Shown here: piece by piece, positions 28,030 through 42,254 of the stretch
Numbering within the stretch: position 1 is the stretch's first letter
Layout: each line of letters begins with the position of its first letter
Assembly (NCBI GenBank): GCA_963693365.1
Contig: CAVNZM010000017.1
Coordinates: 4,702,708-4,766,707, forward strand
DNA: 64,000 nt
Source of the DNA: Amoebidium appalachense
Lineage: Eukaryota > Protista > Ichthyosporea
Reading direction: 5' to 3'
Translations under genes and position numbers: made by a program
Notes under the pieces: generated by a model
What the model was told of the DNA's origin: nothing
The model's input: only the letters and a program-made list of their open reading frames with translations
The model's database searches: none

Positions 28030-31000
28030 GCAGTATAGGTACTCCACTTGGCTGCCGGTGGGTGTTGCAGAGAGCTGGTTTTCAAGTAGGAAATGCAAGA
28101 AGGAAAGGTTCTGTGCACCAGTCCTGAGATGTTGGTTGTGGTGCTTGCAGGCAGCTTGCTTTTGCTTGTATGGTGTAGAGATAGACAGTGTACAGCGAGT
28201 GTCGCAGGGATGTCAGAATGAGAAAGGAAGGTGGTTCTTGTGACGCAAAGCTGCCTACAAATGCAAGGGGCGGGACAAACGACGAGCTAAAAGCGTTTGG
28301 ATCCCCACTACAACCTCAGTGCATGATGTTGACATGTAACACAGTTTTCTCCAAACTAAACAAATGCCACGGAAAAAAAAATTATGGTAGCAAAGGTCGG
28401 TGGAGTGGAGAGGGGAGGGGGGCGGGGAGGGGACTCACGCACACACAAACACTGTACCTGCAGTAACGCAGTCCAGAAAGGATTGGTACGGCAAATTGGC
28501 CTTCATGGTGTCTAATCAAACAAACCTGGTGATGTCAGGTGCAGATGAGCTTAATGAATGTTTCAGGACCTTTAGTAATTAGTCTACGCCTATAATAATC
28601 TTAACACCCATATACAGAAGAACAAAAAAAACTAAGTTGTCTTCACTTCCCCCACCCAAACATTGGAAAACTTCACAAACGTCCACAAATCCGTCGGATG
28701 TTGTCCTTTGCAGGAAGCATCCTTTGCAGAAGGCAAGCTTGCAGGTGTTTACTTTCACAAAGAGAAAATACAACAGTCTACAATATACACTTTGCCGAAA
28801 CACTGAAACTTTTTTTCTTTTTTTTTTTTTTTTTTTTCTTTTGACTGAAAATGCTTTGCTTTTTATTTTCTGGACTTGTTCGACTTTGACATTTCAAATT
28901 TTCAGCTGATAGTGCTTTTTACCCCCCTCTGTGTGGGCACTGGTTGGCTCATGTAACAGCCAATCATTCGCGCCTTCTTATCAGGGTAGGGATTACGAAA
29001 AAAAATTGTCGTAATTACATTTACGATTAACGAGAGACCCCGATACGAATAAGGTCAGGGTACCGTCGTAACAGCTTTCGTATCAGGTGTGGAGCATTAT
29101 AAACGCTTAAATATGTAATTTTCCCTATTTTTTCCAATATTTCTGTTCAAGAACAGCACATTCCCCCCCAAGAACATATCTACAGCGCTTCTCATGTGCA
29201 ATATCGAGCCCCGATAAGTTTTCAGGGCTTGTAATCTTGCGGTATTCAATTTGTAAAAACACGTATTTTGAGTTTTGCGACTGGAGGGGCGTTTTAGGTG
29301 GGGCTTGCAGCTCCCCAAGAACCCACCCGTTACGATGAAGAAATTGTCCGTTACGATTGGCCAAAGGGCGATACGGTTAAGCTGGCGAACCCCAGCCAGC
29401 CCAACCCTGCTTCTTATCTTTGAAAGTTTTTCTCTTGACTGGGATTTCCAGTGGATATGAAGGCAACGTGCAGCCACAGGCTACATGACCACCATAATAA
29501 CCGACTTCGAAAGAGCCACAGCGATGAAATAAAAAATAAAACAACAAGTGACCAAAGGACACCAGCGGGTAAAGGTACAAGTGCACGTGTATGCGTGAAA
29601 CTAGTTTGCTCCAACTAGTCATATGCAGCGATGATGACCAGGCCACACTCCGCAAGAAGACATCATTACTGCTGCCCCCCAACAGGCCCCCCTCAAAACC
29701 TACCGGGGCACAGCAAGCAAGTCAGCCCTTTAAAGAGCAATGCAGACCAAATCCGAGCGAGAAAACAATCCCCACGGGCCCGTCCCCTAGAAAACCCGCA
29801 GAAGCTGTCTCTAACTCTTTGATAAGGTGGCCTAGTTGTGGCAGGACACACAGGAAAAGACAACTACAGCCACAAGGAAAGCTCCTCGACGACCCAGTAG
29901 CTACCCCTCCACTCACGCAGCGCAGAAGCAGTTGAAGAAGTTGCAGCAGCCCACCGCCAATAGCTCGCGTAGAAGCGTAGATAGCGTGTAGAAGTCACCG
30001 TAAGTTGCAGTGGGCCACCAGATGTCGAAGAAACCACTCCTCAAGCGAGAAACTCCGCGGAAGGGAGATGTCCCCACACTCTCACAACAGTAGGAATAGA
30101 CAAGACCGCACTACACACACACAGTGTCACGTTCCCCTGAGTGGGACCCCTTCCCACCACAAAAAGAAAAACGAAAGCCTTTATATACCTGCCATGGTGA
30201 AGAATGGGGGGGAAAAAGTTGACGTGACAGCTAAGAGATGGAAGTAAAAGTGAAGTCCCACAAAAAGGAAGAACGAAAGCCTTTATATACCTGCCATGGT
30301 GAAGAAGTTGAAGTTCTGGCGGAAACTTACAGCTTACGGCACGCTAGGGGGTCTGTGCGCGCGGGGCGACGCGGACGCATAGCCACTGGCCCGGCGTATT
30401 TTGTGACGCACGCGTGTGTGTGTGTGTTTTTTTGGAGGGAGGGGGGAGGGGTGGGGGAGGGGTGGGGGAGGGGCGGGGAGGAGGTAGGAGCAAGGGGAGG
30501 GGGGAGGGCAGCGTGAAAGGGGAAAGAGAAGGTGTTGGTGGTGGTGGTGGTGGTGATGGTATGTAGTGCACATGTTGCCTAGGGACTTCGGAGACGGGGG
30601 GGGGGGGGGGAGGGGGGGGGGGAAGGGGAGGGGGGAGGGGGGGGAGGGGGCGGGAGGGGGGAGGGGGGCCGGAGGGGGTTGCAGATCTGGCAATTGCGGA
30701 GCCGTAGCCGTGCGTGCATGCTTGCTGGGCCAACGCTGGCACTGCAAGCGGCAGTTTTTGTGTGCGTGCCGTGGTTTAGATGTGTGGTCACATGTTGCAT
30801 GCTACGTGCCAGCCTATGATTGCTTTTGTCTGGTGTCTTCGTATTGAACGTAAATTGTCTCAATGCTTAGAGGTTTTGTCTCATGCCCAAAGTCCCATCA
30901 CAAGGGTAGATGCAGTTAAAAAAAAAAAAAAGAGAAAATTCCCCCCGTGCAAAAAAAAAAAAACCTCTCCTCCAACGGTGTAAATTGAACAATCCTCCCC

Positions 31001-31365
31001 CTCGCGGCCGTGTGTCTTTCACTCCCTTCGTGTATGTGTTTGAGTTCCCTCGCATTCCTTCCCGAGGTATGGCTGTCGACCTGTCAGGATCATGACTGCG
31101 CTCAACAAAAATTCAATTTATAATGCGAGTTGAGTTACATTATCCAATGGTATAACTTGCGTTTGTGTGCATACCGGGGCATAAAAAATAAGTGATTGTG
31201 TTAGGAAATACGTGGCCCACGCATGCACATGATGCACGTAACTAACAGAGCAATAATTCGGTATAATAGAATAACTTTGCGCAGATGCGAATGCAGGAAC
31301 CAACACACAAGCTTGCTATTGAAACCGTTCCCCCCTTCATCCTTATATCCCCCCCCATCCTTATA

Positions 31366-31414
<49 letters not shown>

Positions 31415-32361
31415 CATACACACACACACACACGCGCGCGCGCGCGCGCGACCACGCATGCACATGCACACACATACACACGTAAAACTGGATAGATACA
31501 GGTTTGCAATTGTGAGAGAGCAAGGATCAACACACTCTCATCTTTAAATTTATCAACCTTGTATGCGTTAAAAACGAAAACACCTTCTCAAGGAATAGTC
31601 AACGGACTGTTTAGCAAAGCGCGAAGGTGTTGTGTGCACCTCCTGGCTACAGCACACACAATTTTAAAGGGTGCTGTGAATAGCACAGGTGCCTTGCATA
31701 GGCCCTAGTATCACAAATAACGTCGGTCGGTTGAGATGCATGCTGATAATGAAAAGCACATTCCTCACGGAAATTAGTAACCAGCAAACGGACACATTTT
31801 CGCGAAGTGTCTTCACAGGTGTGTGTTCTTCATAAAGCCCTGCATGTAGAGTACAGACACCCATAAAGACAGGTATGGACACGAACAGCTTCACGTGCAA
31901 TGTCTCATTTATTCGGCATGGACACGAACAGCTTCACGTGCCATGTCTCATTTATTCGGTGGCAAATGTGTCGTAGTGGCTCTCGCAGCACACATGGTAA
32001 ATACAAAACGAGGCCTAAATTCCGGCCTTTGCCCTGCCAACGTCAAGCGTATTTTTCACTTTCCGTTGATTTCCGGTCATAAAAACACAGGATTCGTGTT
32101 CTTTAAGTTAACCATAAACGGAATCACAAGATAGATTTCAAGCGTCCACACTTCATACTACGTAAACAATTTCAGTTTTCAAACAACAAATATATCTAAA
32201 TTGGGCATATACTATTTCCAAAAAAGGGGTGAATTATTCACACCGGCGTACAGACCCAAGTTGGCTTTCGCACGCAACAGAAAAAAATTACGACTATCAT
32301 TTTTGCTTAATACATCACTTGCATTCCAAGTCAGCAAAAAGAAAAAAGCAAAAGGAATTCC

Positions 32362-32905
32362 CTATGCTACGGAACTGATCGGAACATACGTGAAAGGGGT
32401 AGCGCTACGTGCTGGTGCTGCATTTCTCGCACCAAAAAATACTGTATTCGTTTGCTTCGGTGCAGGCCGGAAAGAAACCACCAATTTTTCTTCTCCGCTT
32501 TGGTAAACGTAGCGTGGAGGACAGTATTCGTTCGTCTTGTAGCATACACAACCTGGGTCAACCCAGAATACGAGATCCTTCGGGAAGCAAACTACGATTT
32601 TTCGCTGCTGAGAATCCACAAATGTCGGCGCTCTGCTGGAGCAACGGGTCGACCACGCGCGAGTGAAAGCGTATACACCTGTTTCCAGAACCACGGAGAG
32701 GTTGGTCTGGGTACCATGAGCGCACGTAAAGGGTTTCCATAGTTTTGACAAGCGCCAATTTGTATTGCCTTCCTTGCTCCTCCGTCAACCCGTTGGCCTG
32801 CACAATTGTGCTGGTCAAAAACTCCGCTGCTGCGACAAACTCGGGAGTAAGTGACAGGGAAGTGGGCTCGTATGGTATCGGTTGCATTCTGATGTTGGGA
32901 GCCAT
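32362..32905 (-). CDS. BTG/Tob (APRO) family protein, single exon, with one apparent frameshift
   Basis: EFVAAAEFL, box A (YVRSWYPDQPLRGSGNRCIR) and DPLLQQSA are in one frame. Box B (PKDLVFWVDPGCVCYK) is in the next frame, implying one extra base near 32580-32602. Confidence 0.85.
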
Positions 32906-32995
32906 CTTCAAGTGATAGAAAACGGGAAAAAAGAGAAACAAGAATGCATGGAAAACTACAAAGCGAGACGGGCCTGACGGGGGCTTGCTTTTGCC

Positions 32996-33003
32996 CTTTT
33001 ATA
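32996..33003 (-). promoter_or_regulatory. TATA-box-like TATAAAAG upstream of the BTG/Tob gene
   Basis: About 90 nt upstream of the ATG at 32905. Confidence 0.4.
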
Positions 33004-35108
33004 TGCCGTTGGCGGCTGGTGAGCCACCTGTGGTTGCGGTACTGCCTAATTTGGAAGGCTTAGCGCCTATGCCCATAAAGGAATTCAGCATAAGCATATA
33101 GTTTGCTGCTGTAGAAGTAGTTCTAGCAAAATACTTATTTAATAAAGATATATAAATATTATTATATTGTTTTTCAACCGCTAGTCTTTCTCACGAGCTT
33201 TTTCGGGGTTTTACGGGCTCAACAAATGAGCTGAACTAAGCTTCTAGGCTTTGCTCTCTTCACGATTGGGAATGTTATCGTTGACCAATCATTTGACGAA
33301 ACCAAGCGGTGTTACACTCCGCTATCGACCACTCGCGATTGGCTCGGTTGTGTTTGTGTTTTCTGGACGTTTGAGCCGCGCATAAGAGCAACATTCCTGT
33401 AGAAGTTCTGATCATGATCTTAGAAAATAAATGTATATCGCAGGTGAATGCCAAGCAAAACTTGCTAGATATAAAAAATATCCTTGATAAATAAAAATTA
33501 AACATTGATGGCTATTTTTCCTCTTTCATAAACCTAATTTAATTTCTATGAGTTTTTCGTTCCTATGAGTTTATATCTTATATTTGGTAAACTATGACAA
33601 CCAGTCCACGTTGCAGATCCGGTTTAAAGCAACATTGTGCCGCCCATTATTATGATCTAAATTTTAGATCAAGGAATATTTGTAACTAATTATCATTATC
33701 ATTTTTTAATATTTATTGGGTATAATCCCATGCATTTAGAGAGCAATCAGTGATTACTGCTCAGTTGCAGTCAACCTACCTGAAACCTACTTGAGAAATT
33801 GGCGCCTTACCATTCGCTACATATCACACACCTTACTCACCCTATTAGCTGATTGGTATCCAACGCATCCGCTTTAGTGCAGCAAGCGTCCAATCAGCTT
33901 GCGTTGCGGTGACACAACTGCTTTCCCAGTCGTGATCTTGCCGCGCCCGGGCAAGGCGCCGCCGGCCGGATGCACCAGTAAAGCACATGCATAGGCGAGG
34001 CGAAATCAGTTTACCTTGAGTGGTGGGAGAGGGGGCGGAGTTTAGGGTGTGGGGTGAGAGAGAGAAGGGGGGGGGGGGGGGGGGGGGAGGGATCAGGGAG
34101 GAAAGTCCCCTTCAGAAAGGAAGAAAAAACGAGCAGCTCTACATGTGGGTTCGAGTAACCGTGACAGCGGCCAAGGTTGGAAGCAGCCCACAATCATGCT
34201 GGTTTGTGAAGGTTAGTTCTGGTAGAATGATATATGCTGACATGGGCAACCCAAGGGAGCGAAAATCAATTTAGAAGAGGGGCGGGGAGGTGTGTGTGGG
34301 GGGGGGGGGGGGGAGGGGGGGGGGGGGGGGGGGAGGGGGGGAGCATTGGGGAAAGGAGGGTGGGCAGAGGGAGGGGACGGGCGGGGTTTGACTTACGGTT
34401 TAAATTACATTACCTGAGGTGGTTTGTGACTGGTAGATATGTAGGGGGAATTAGTGGGGCAACCAGGTTGCCGCTGTAAGGATTGTGATCGTGAACAGCA
34501 GTGGCCTTGTTTTTTGGAGTGCTTCAGAGTAACCAAGGCTGGATCTGTGCTGAGTTCAGGGGGAAGATATGTAAATAAATACGGCTGTTGTGTGCTGAAA
34601 AAGATGTTGGAGTGAATATGCTGCTGATGTATCCGAAGCAATAAACGGGGACTTGCCGAAGCGTTGCGGAGGCGCACTCTATGGTGGTCAGATCGGATGT
34701 GGGTTGGTAATGGATCCTCTGGTTGGAATTATACAAACGTGTGAAGTGCCACCGCCGGACACACTGTCCATGTGGTTACGCTTTAGATTCGGTCCCAGGT
34801 AAAAGCATTGTGGTCCTAGGCAAAAGCCTGCGCATAGAGCCGCATTTTTTTTTTTAGTCGGACAGTTTTTAATGTTAAGTGTTTTAAAACTATAAGTAAC
34901 GGTGGGTGTGTTTTCAAGCATCACGTGCACGGTATTGTGAGGGCCCGGACATAAAACCGAACACCAAGTCAGTGGCCGCACAGATTCACACACTAAGCAT
35001 GCGAGCGATTGAGTAATGCTCTAGCTAGAAGGCCTTTTGTTCAGCCCCCGACGGTTTTTCTTTTTTCTTTTTTCTTTTTTCTTTTTTTTTTTTTTTTTTT
35101 GCTGGGGG

Positions 35109-35146
<38 letters not shown>

Positions 35147-36145
35147 GGGGGGGGGGGGGGAGGAAGGAGGATTTTGGGGTTGAGGGAGAGGGAGGGAGGG
35201 AGAGGGGGGGGGGGGGGGGGGGGGGTTGTTGACCGTGCGGCCCTCAGTCTTGAGTACGAAAATCTTCACATGACAACAACAAACACTGCCAGAGCACCAC
35301 TAATAAAGATTATTCAAGCATTGATTGATATGATAAATTTTACTCGGGGAAAGGTTACAGAAAACCACAGAAAAGGGTGTATTTCGAGAGATGAATGGAG
35401 TGCCATCCAAAAGTTCGCTGAACCAAAGAAAAAACGTGTGTGTGGGCGTTTTGAGTGCAAGGCCGGCGGCAGACAAGGGGGAGGGGGGGGAGGGGAGGGG
35501 GAAGTGTGGGGGGGGGGGGGGTGGAGGGGGAGAAGGAGGGAGATGCTCGAGGCTTGGATCCCCCGACCCATCCACTCACCCACGCACTCTTCCATCCAGT
35601 ACCCTATCCACTGCTTGCTGATGTGTTGTTACTGTGTTGGCTTTGCTTCACGCACCTGCAGCATTATTAACCCCCCGGTTCCTTCCCCCCCCCCCCCCCC
35701 CCCCTCCCCCCCCCCCCCCCCCCCCCCCCCCCCACTCCCCCCTCATTAATTCACTTTACCAAAAACGGGAGGTTGGGATGCTGGGCAGAGGAGACATGTG
35801 CATTAATGTGAAACGTCCCCCCCTCCCCCAGGCGGCCCCCTCCCCCATCCCACCCCACCGCCTTCCGCTCTGCTTGGTATTTGCACTCTCTATGCACATA
35901 TAAAGAAAGCCATGAAATGTCTGGTTCGCACTCTGCATTTTTTTGTCCAGTGCTCAGCTACCGGGCGCACACTAAACTGTTACCCCCCCTCCCCCCTCCC
36001 CCCTCCCCCCCCCCCCCTCCCCCCCCGCCCCTTCCCCCCCTCCCCCTCCTCCCCCCACCACCCCACCCCCCCCACCCCGGAAAGGGGGAAGGGATCCACT
36101 GGTTTACTGTGGCATTAGCACACCGTGCACACACGCGCACACACA

Positions 36146-36192
<47 letters not shown>

Positions 36193-36403
36193 CACTATGT
36201 ACATGACATTTGCGCAGTGAACTTTTACCGTTATTATTATTTTCACTAATATTTTGTGTTAATCGGGTTGTTACCGTACAGTAAGATTTTAGTTCAATGT
36301 TACTAATCCACGAGCTTAGTCCACATAGATGAATTAAGGGCATGCTTGAACGTTGCACATTGATTTATTTTTTTTGGTGGCTGGAAAGGGGGGGGAGGTG
36401 TGT

Positions 36404-36434
<31 letters not shown>

Positions 36435-36448
36435 GGGGGAAGGGGGGG

Positions 36449-36486
<38 letters not shown>

Positions 36487-36694
36487 GGGGGTGGGGGAAA
36501 AATTTAGCGCATCATAGGCACAACAGGAAATGCATGCCGACCCACGTGAGATATCTGGTTTGATCGCACGGCTGGTGGATCATCACTGGCATTTTGCCCT
36601 TTTTGATACTTTGAAATTACATTTGCAAGCTATGCCAAACTTTGCAAGAGGTTGCATATTGAACTATTACACAGTGTGGGGGGAAGAGGGGGCG

Positions 36695-36747
<53 letters not shown>

Positions 36748-36748
36748 G

Positions 36749-36872
36749 AAGGGGTTATGATCAAGGCCGGACAAATATTCGGCTGTTGATGCCGTAGCCG
36801 AACGTTTATTTTCTTTGCTTTTGTATGTGCACGTGGTGGTGTGAGTGTTTGTAAATACGGTGAATGTGTTAT

Positions 36873-36905
<33 letters not shown>

Positions 36906-36925
36906 ATGTGTGTGTGTGCACGTGT

Positions 36926-36996
<71 letters not shown>

Positions 36997-37227
36997 CGCG
37001 CAGTACGCGTGCACTGGGGTGTGTGCGTGCACGCGGGCGTGCAATATCGGAAGGGGTTATGATCAAGGCCGGACAAATATTCGGCTGTTGATGCCGTAGC
37101 CGAACGTTTATTTTCTTTGCTTTTGTATGTGCACGTGGTGGTGTGAGTGTTTGTAAATACGGTGAATGTGTTATTATGTGTGTGTGTGCGTGTGTGTGTG
37201 TGTGTTTATGTGTGTGTGTGCACGTGT

Positions 37228-37284
<57 letters not shown>

Positions 37285-37337
37285 CGCGCAGTACGCGTGC
37301 ACTGGGGTGTGTGCGTGCACGCGGGCGTGCAATATCG
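36749..37337. repeat. ~300-bp tandem duplication containing (TG)n
   Basis: AAGGGGTTATGATCAAGGCCGGACAAATATTCGGCTG starts at 36749 and again at 37051; the copies differ mainly in microsatellite length. Confidence 0.9.
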
Positions 37338-37600
37338 CGTGACTGCTTAAAATTTCTTTTGGGTACCACAGTCTGTTTGTAAGTCGACGTCAGCCGAAGG
37401 AGTTTGAGATATGCACATTTTCTTCTTTACCCCCCCCCCCCCCTCCCCCCCCCCCCCCCCCCCCCCCCTCTCTCTCCCCCCACAAGCACCACCACCACCA
37501 CCTGGTCCATCTTTTCCCCCCTTACCTCCTCCCTCAGTTACCTCCCTCCCCCCCTCTATTTGGAACTTCCGTGTGTGTGTGCGTGTATGCGTGTGCGTGC

Positions 37601-37665
<65 letters not shown>

Positions 37666-37764
37666 CGTGTTTTGTAACGTAGTGCCTGCAGCTGTGGTGC
37701 AGCTCTGGCAGCGCTCGGGGGGAGGAGGGAGAGAGGGGGGAGGAAGGGGGGGGGGAAGGGGGGA

Positions 37765-37885
37765 GTGTTGACATTTAAGGGATCCCTTAAAGGTTGCTGT
37801 AGTACTACGTGAAGTACACATTTAAGGCGGACAACACATGCAATGTAGATTTCGCAAACGTTGGCGCACTGGGCTGCATTGTGCA
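37765..37885 (-). mobile_element. Diverged fragment of the poly(C)-terminated repeat superfamily
   Basis: Minus strand reads TTGCATGTGTTGTCCG..ATGTGTACTTCAC.. and runs into a C-run. Confidence 0.45.
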
Positions 37886-38157
37886 TCATATCATGTACGC
37901 ATTAGCACCGCCAGCACATCATAGATAGGATATCTATCATGGGGACCCTAAGAGCCACGGTACTATGCGTGCCCCGGAGCTCTGCAGAGAAGGGGGGGGA
38001 GAGAGAGAGAGAGAGAGTGTGTGTGTGTGTCATATCATGTACGCATTAGTACCGCCAGCACATCATAGATAGGATATCTATCAAGGGGACCCTAAGAGCC
38101 ACAGTACTATGCGTGCCCTGGAGCTCTGCAGAGAAGGGGAGAGAGAGAGAGAGAGAG

Positions 38158-38188
<31 letters not shown>

Positions 38189-38190
38189 GT
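37886..38190. repeat. ~144-bp tandem duplication with (GA)n(TG)n tail
   Basis: TCATATCATGTACGCATTAG..GATAGGATATCTATC..GAGCTCTGCAGAGAAGGGG occurs at about 37886 and 38030. Confidence 0.85.
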
Positions 38191-38952
38191 GGTGGTGGTG
38201 GTGGTGGTGGCCGGCCGTGGGGGGGGGGCAAGACACAAGCGCTCAGGTTGTATATGTACACGTACCACAATGCGCAAGATCGGCGAGGATCGAATAGCCC
38301 CAGCCAATAATGCCAATACATGTACATGTCTTTCGTGTTTGTGCAGTTCATGCACATAAATGCACAGCCTTTTAAATTTATTAATTTAATGGAATTGAAT
38401 ATATGACTACATGCATGCAAGTGTCATACTGGTATTGTACGTAACAAACCGACACCAAATTATTTATGTGTTAGGGTCAGTGCGTCAAAAATATTAAGAA
38501 CGATTGGATTTTGGAAAAAAAACCACGAATTTCGCACACAGCATTTATGCGGGCTGGCAAATGAGTTGCTGTTGCTATATGCTGAAATATACAATACTGT
38601 ACTTATGTACTCAGTAATATCCTTACGAAAGTAAAATTTAAAAGATTCACTTAATCCAAAAGCAAGGGCTCTGATTGGGCAGCAATCGACACAAAAAACC
38701 ACCACAAACGCCTTTGTTTCTTACCATCGTACATGTATCCCCCCACCCATACTGTTTTGATTTTTGGGAATCTCGATATTTTGTGCGCTTCCTCTTATCA
38801 GAAAATTGATTTCAAAAAAAAAAAAAAAAAAAAAAAAACCCCTTCCACACATGAACCCCTTAACGCATGTACCGTTCAGATTAAAAGCATTTGGCACAAG
38901 TCTACCTACAAATATCGCGATCGGGCTCGGCAACCCCCCCCTCCCCCCCCCC

Positions 38953-38986
<34 letters not shown>

Positions 38987-39399
38987 ACACACACACACAA
39001 CACACACGTGCACGAACGCGCGAGCGTGCGCGCACGCACACACACGCATAAACATACACAAACACACATACGCATAAGCATACACACAGATGACTCCCCA
39101 ATTAGATCACCCACTTATCCTCAAACCTGCTCGAAAACGTCATCACTAACAAGTGCACAACATCTGAGACTCATGGGAGAAAAAAAAAGAGAAAAAAACA
39201 AAAAAGAAGAAGACGACGACCAAAAAAAAAGAAAAAAAGAAAAAAGAAAAAAAAAAAAAAAAAAAAAAAAAAGAAACATCACTTTACATGCTTGTTGCCC
39301 AATCGAAAAAGCCGGCCTCAAGCCAGCAACAAACAGCCCTCAATCATAACCTTCACAGTTTTCATTTTCTTCGGGAATGCATATTGGATTCAAAAAGTA

Positions 39400-40118
39400 T
39401 CATTCCACCCTCTGCTTCTTTCTCCTTGGCTCCTTATCATTGCTCTGAAACGCCGCCAAATCCACCCGATATCTCGTCATGAGTCTATCCGCCTCGCTGA
39501 AATACTTCCTCTTGTCCCCCTTCCCCATAGCCATCCACTCCCTCAACGCAAGCAATTGCAAAATACTATCCTCCAGTAAAGGATTTGCGGAACTCAGCGC
39601 GTATTTGAACAACATGTACGCGTCAGGGGGTTTAACAAGTAGCGTATCCTGTGTTGCCGCACGAGAATCGTTCCCTGAAACGGAATTGTTGTTCTCCCGC
39701 CCGTTTCCGCGCGATGGCGAGGGGGAATCGTTTGTTGGGGAGGGCGGTTGAGGCGAGGTCTTTCCGTTGCGTTTCTTGCCCTTGGGTTTTCCCTGCAGGC
39801 ACAAAAGAGGGGAAAACGTGTTAGTTTTCCGGTGATTTGAACTTTCCTTAAGTGAGTTTGGAAAATTCAGGTGATTTGGCCCCGTGCAGCAACATGGGCT
39901 GGGAGGAGGGATGTGCTGTTTGATAACGACTTGTATGAAGCTGGGATGAGGTGTCGGCACCAGGCCAACAGTACTTCCACCCAAAAAGATACACATGTAA
40001 AAGACGATGTGACAAAACATACATCCGTTATATGTGGAGATGTAACACTTCACCCAACAAGATACACAGCTAGACAACCACGTCACACTCGCACGCACGC
40101 ACACACGCACGCACGCAC

Positions 40119-40168
<50 letters not shown>

Positions 40169-40466
40169 TCTTGCGCACACAACACCACCACTGCTACTCT
40201 TCATTACTCCAATAAAGCTCTGCACTTCCACAATGAAACAAAGAAGCATTAACAGGACTCATTATCGAACAGAGGGTCCTGGTTACAGAAACCGGGGGGG
40301 TGTACGAGGCAAGGGCGAGAAGTTGGAGAGAAGAGGGTAGGGTGGGGAGGGGGGGGGAGGGGGGGTCAATGTGTTAGATGAGTGTGAAGTATACATTCAC
40401 GACTGAAACGCAATGTAGATCTTGCAAAGCACACATACACAGCGCATGTGCAGGAGTGGGGGGGCG

Positions 40467-40510
<44 letters not shown>

Positions 40511-41925
40511 ATGGAAAGTGAAGACAATCAAGCAGAAGTGGCAGGGACCAGCCATCATCCAATCAAATCACAAATTGCAAATTTAACGACACATCGGGTT
40601 GGGGAATAGGGGGGGGGGGGGGGGGGGGGAGGGCACATGCATTGAATGATATCAGTTTTATAAAACCCCTCCGTCACATCACGCTTACTACAATTCCCTC
40701 TCCCCCCCCCCCCCCCCCCCCTCAACCCCCCCCCCTCACCCAACTTCTCCCCCCACCCCTGCCCTCTTCTTCCACCTTTTTCTTTCTGCGCAGTCAGAAC
40801 ATATCACGCACACTTTTCTTGAAGTCACAGTGTCCATACCTTCTTGTTTTCTTTAAGGGTCATGTAGTTGTCAATCTTAGCCTTGTCAGCGTCAGCGAAT
40901 AGAAGAAGCGCTTTGCTCTTGCGTTGGTGGGTGGGATTGCCTGTAAGGAGGGGGCGATGGGTCAATAGTGGCAATGTTAAGGGACTCTCTTTTTCGTGTG
41001 GGGGGATGGCTGTGTGTGTGTGTGTGTTTGTGTGTGTGTGTTTGTGTGTGTGTGTGCGTGTGCGTGTGTGCGCGCGCACGTGTGTGTGTGTGTGTGTGCG
41101 CGTGTGCGCGTGTACATGCGTGTATGTGCACCCCTATGTGTGCTTGTGTATGTGTGTGGGCGCATGCATCCTAACTATGGTATTGTATGTGCTCGTGTTC
41201 ACGTGTGAATGTTGCGGCAGAAATCAAAGTAAAGAAGTCACCTGATTCCTTCATCTTTTGTGCTGTGCATGTTTGAAAACGTGGTTAGGTACACCATGCC
41301 ACTATGACAACAGTGAGTGTGTGCGCATACACAAGCACATCCCCCGTGTGCATGTGTGTACGTACTAGTTTAAATACGTGTGCAAGTGATCGTTTCTACT
41401 TCATGTCATTGTGTACGTGTGTGCATATGGTAGCCAGATTGTATGTGTACGTGTGTTTTCTGGGGATGATAGGCTTACACGCTTGCTAGCGCATACACAG
41501 GCGTTGTGGTCTATGCAATCCCCGGGGGGCCGGGAGGGGGGGGGGGGGGGGGGGGGGGGACGTTCATACATAAGTGTGTGTGTGTGTGAGTGTGAGTGTG
41601 TGTGAGTGAGTGAGTGTGTGTGTGTGAGTGTGTGAGTGTGTGTGTGTGAGTGAGTGAGTGTGTGTGTGAGTGTGTGAGTGTGTGAGTGTGTGTGTGTGTG
41701 CAGTATGAATGGCACAAATGTTAATGTGTTTGGTTGTTTGGCTGTGTGTGCTTGTATTCAGCCCATGCCCGCGTGCACCCGCACGCGCACGTATGCGTGT
41801 GCTGGACCGATCGAACACGTGTGTGCAGAGCTTGTGTGTTTGTGCCTGTGTGTACGTGTGTGCGTGGTTGTAGGGTGGGGTGGGGTGGTGGTGGTGGTGT
41901 TGGTGGTGGTGGTGTTGGTGGTGGT

Positions 41926-41982
<57 letters not shown>

Positions 41983-42218
41983 GGGCGTGTGCGTGTGTGT
42001 GCGTGTCTCAAGTATCTCGGAAGTGTGTGCACTCGGATGTATCTGTACGTGCATAGCTCAAGTGTCAACGCCCACGACACTGCCCGTTTGCAGAACACAG
42101 AATGTGTGTGGGCGGACATGTGTGTGTGCAGAGATTGTGTGTTTGTGCCTGTGTGTACGTGTGTGCATGGTTGTAGGGTGCGGTGGATGGTGGTGGTGGT
42201 GTTGGTGGTGGTGTGTGT

Positions 42219-42254
<36 letters not shown>

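Noticed and set aside
34120-34180. tRNA or tRNA-derived SINE (GGTTCGAGT B-box-like motif)
   Set aside because: No cloverleaf, acceptor stem or A-box can be built around it.
34405-34993. Minus-strand gene fragments
   Set aside because: Short ORFs in different frames with no recognisable motif and no phase-consistent splice model.
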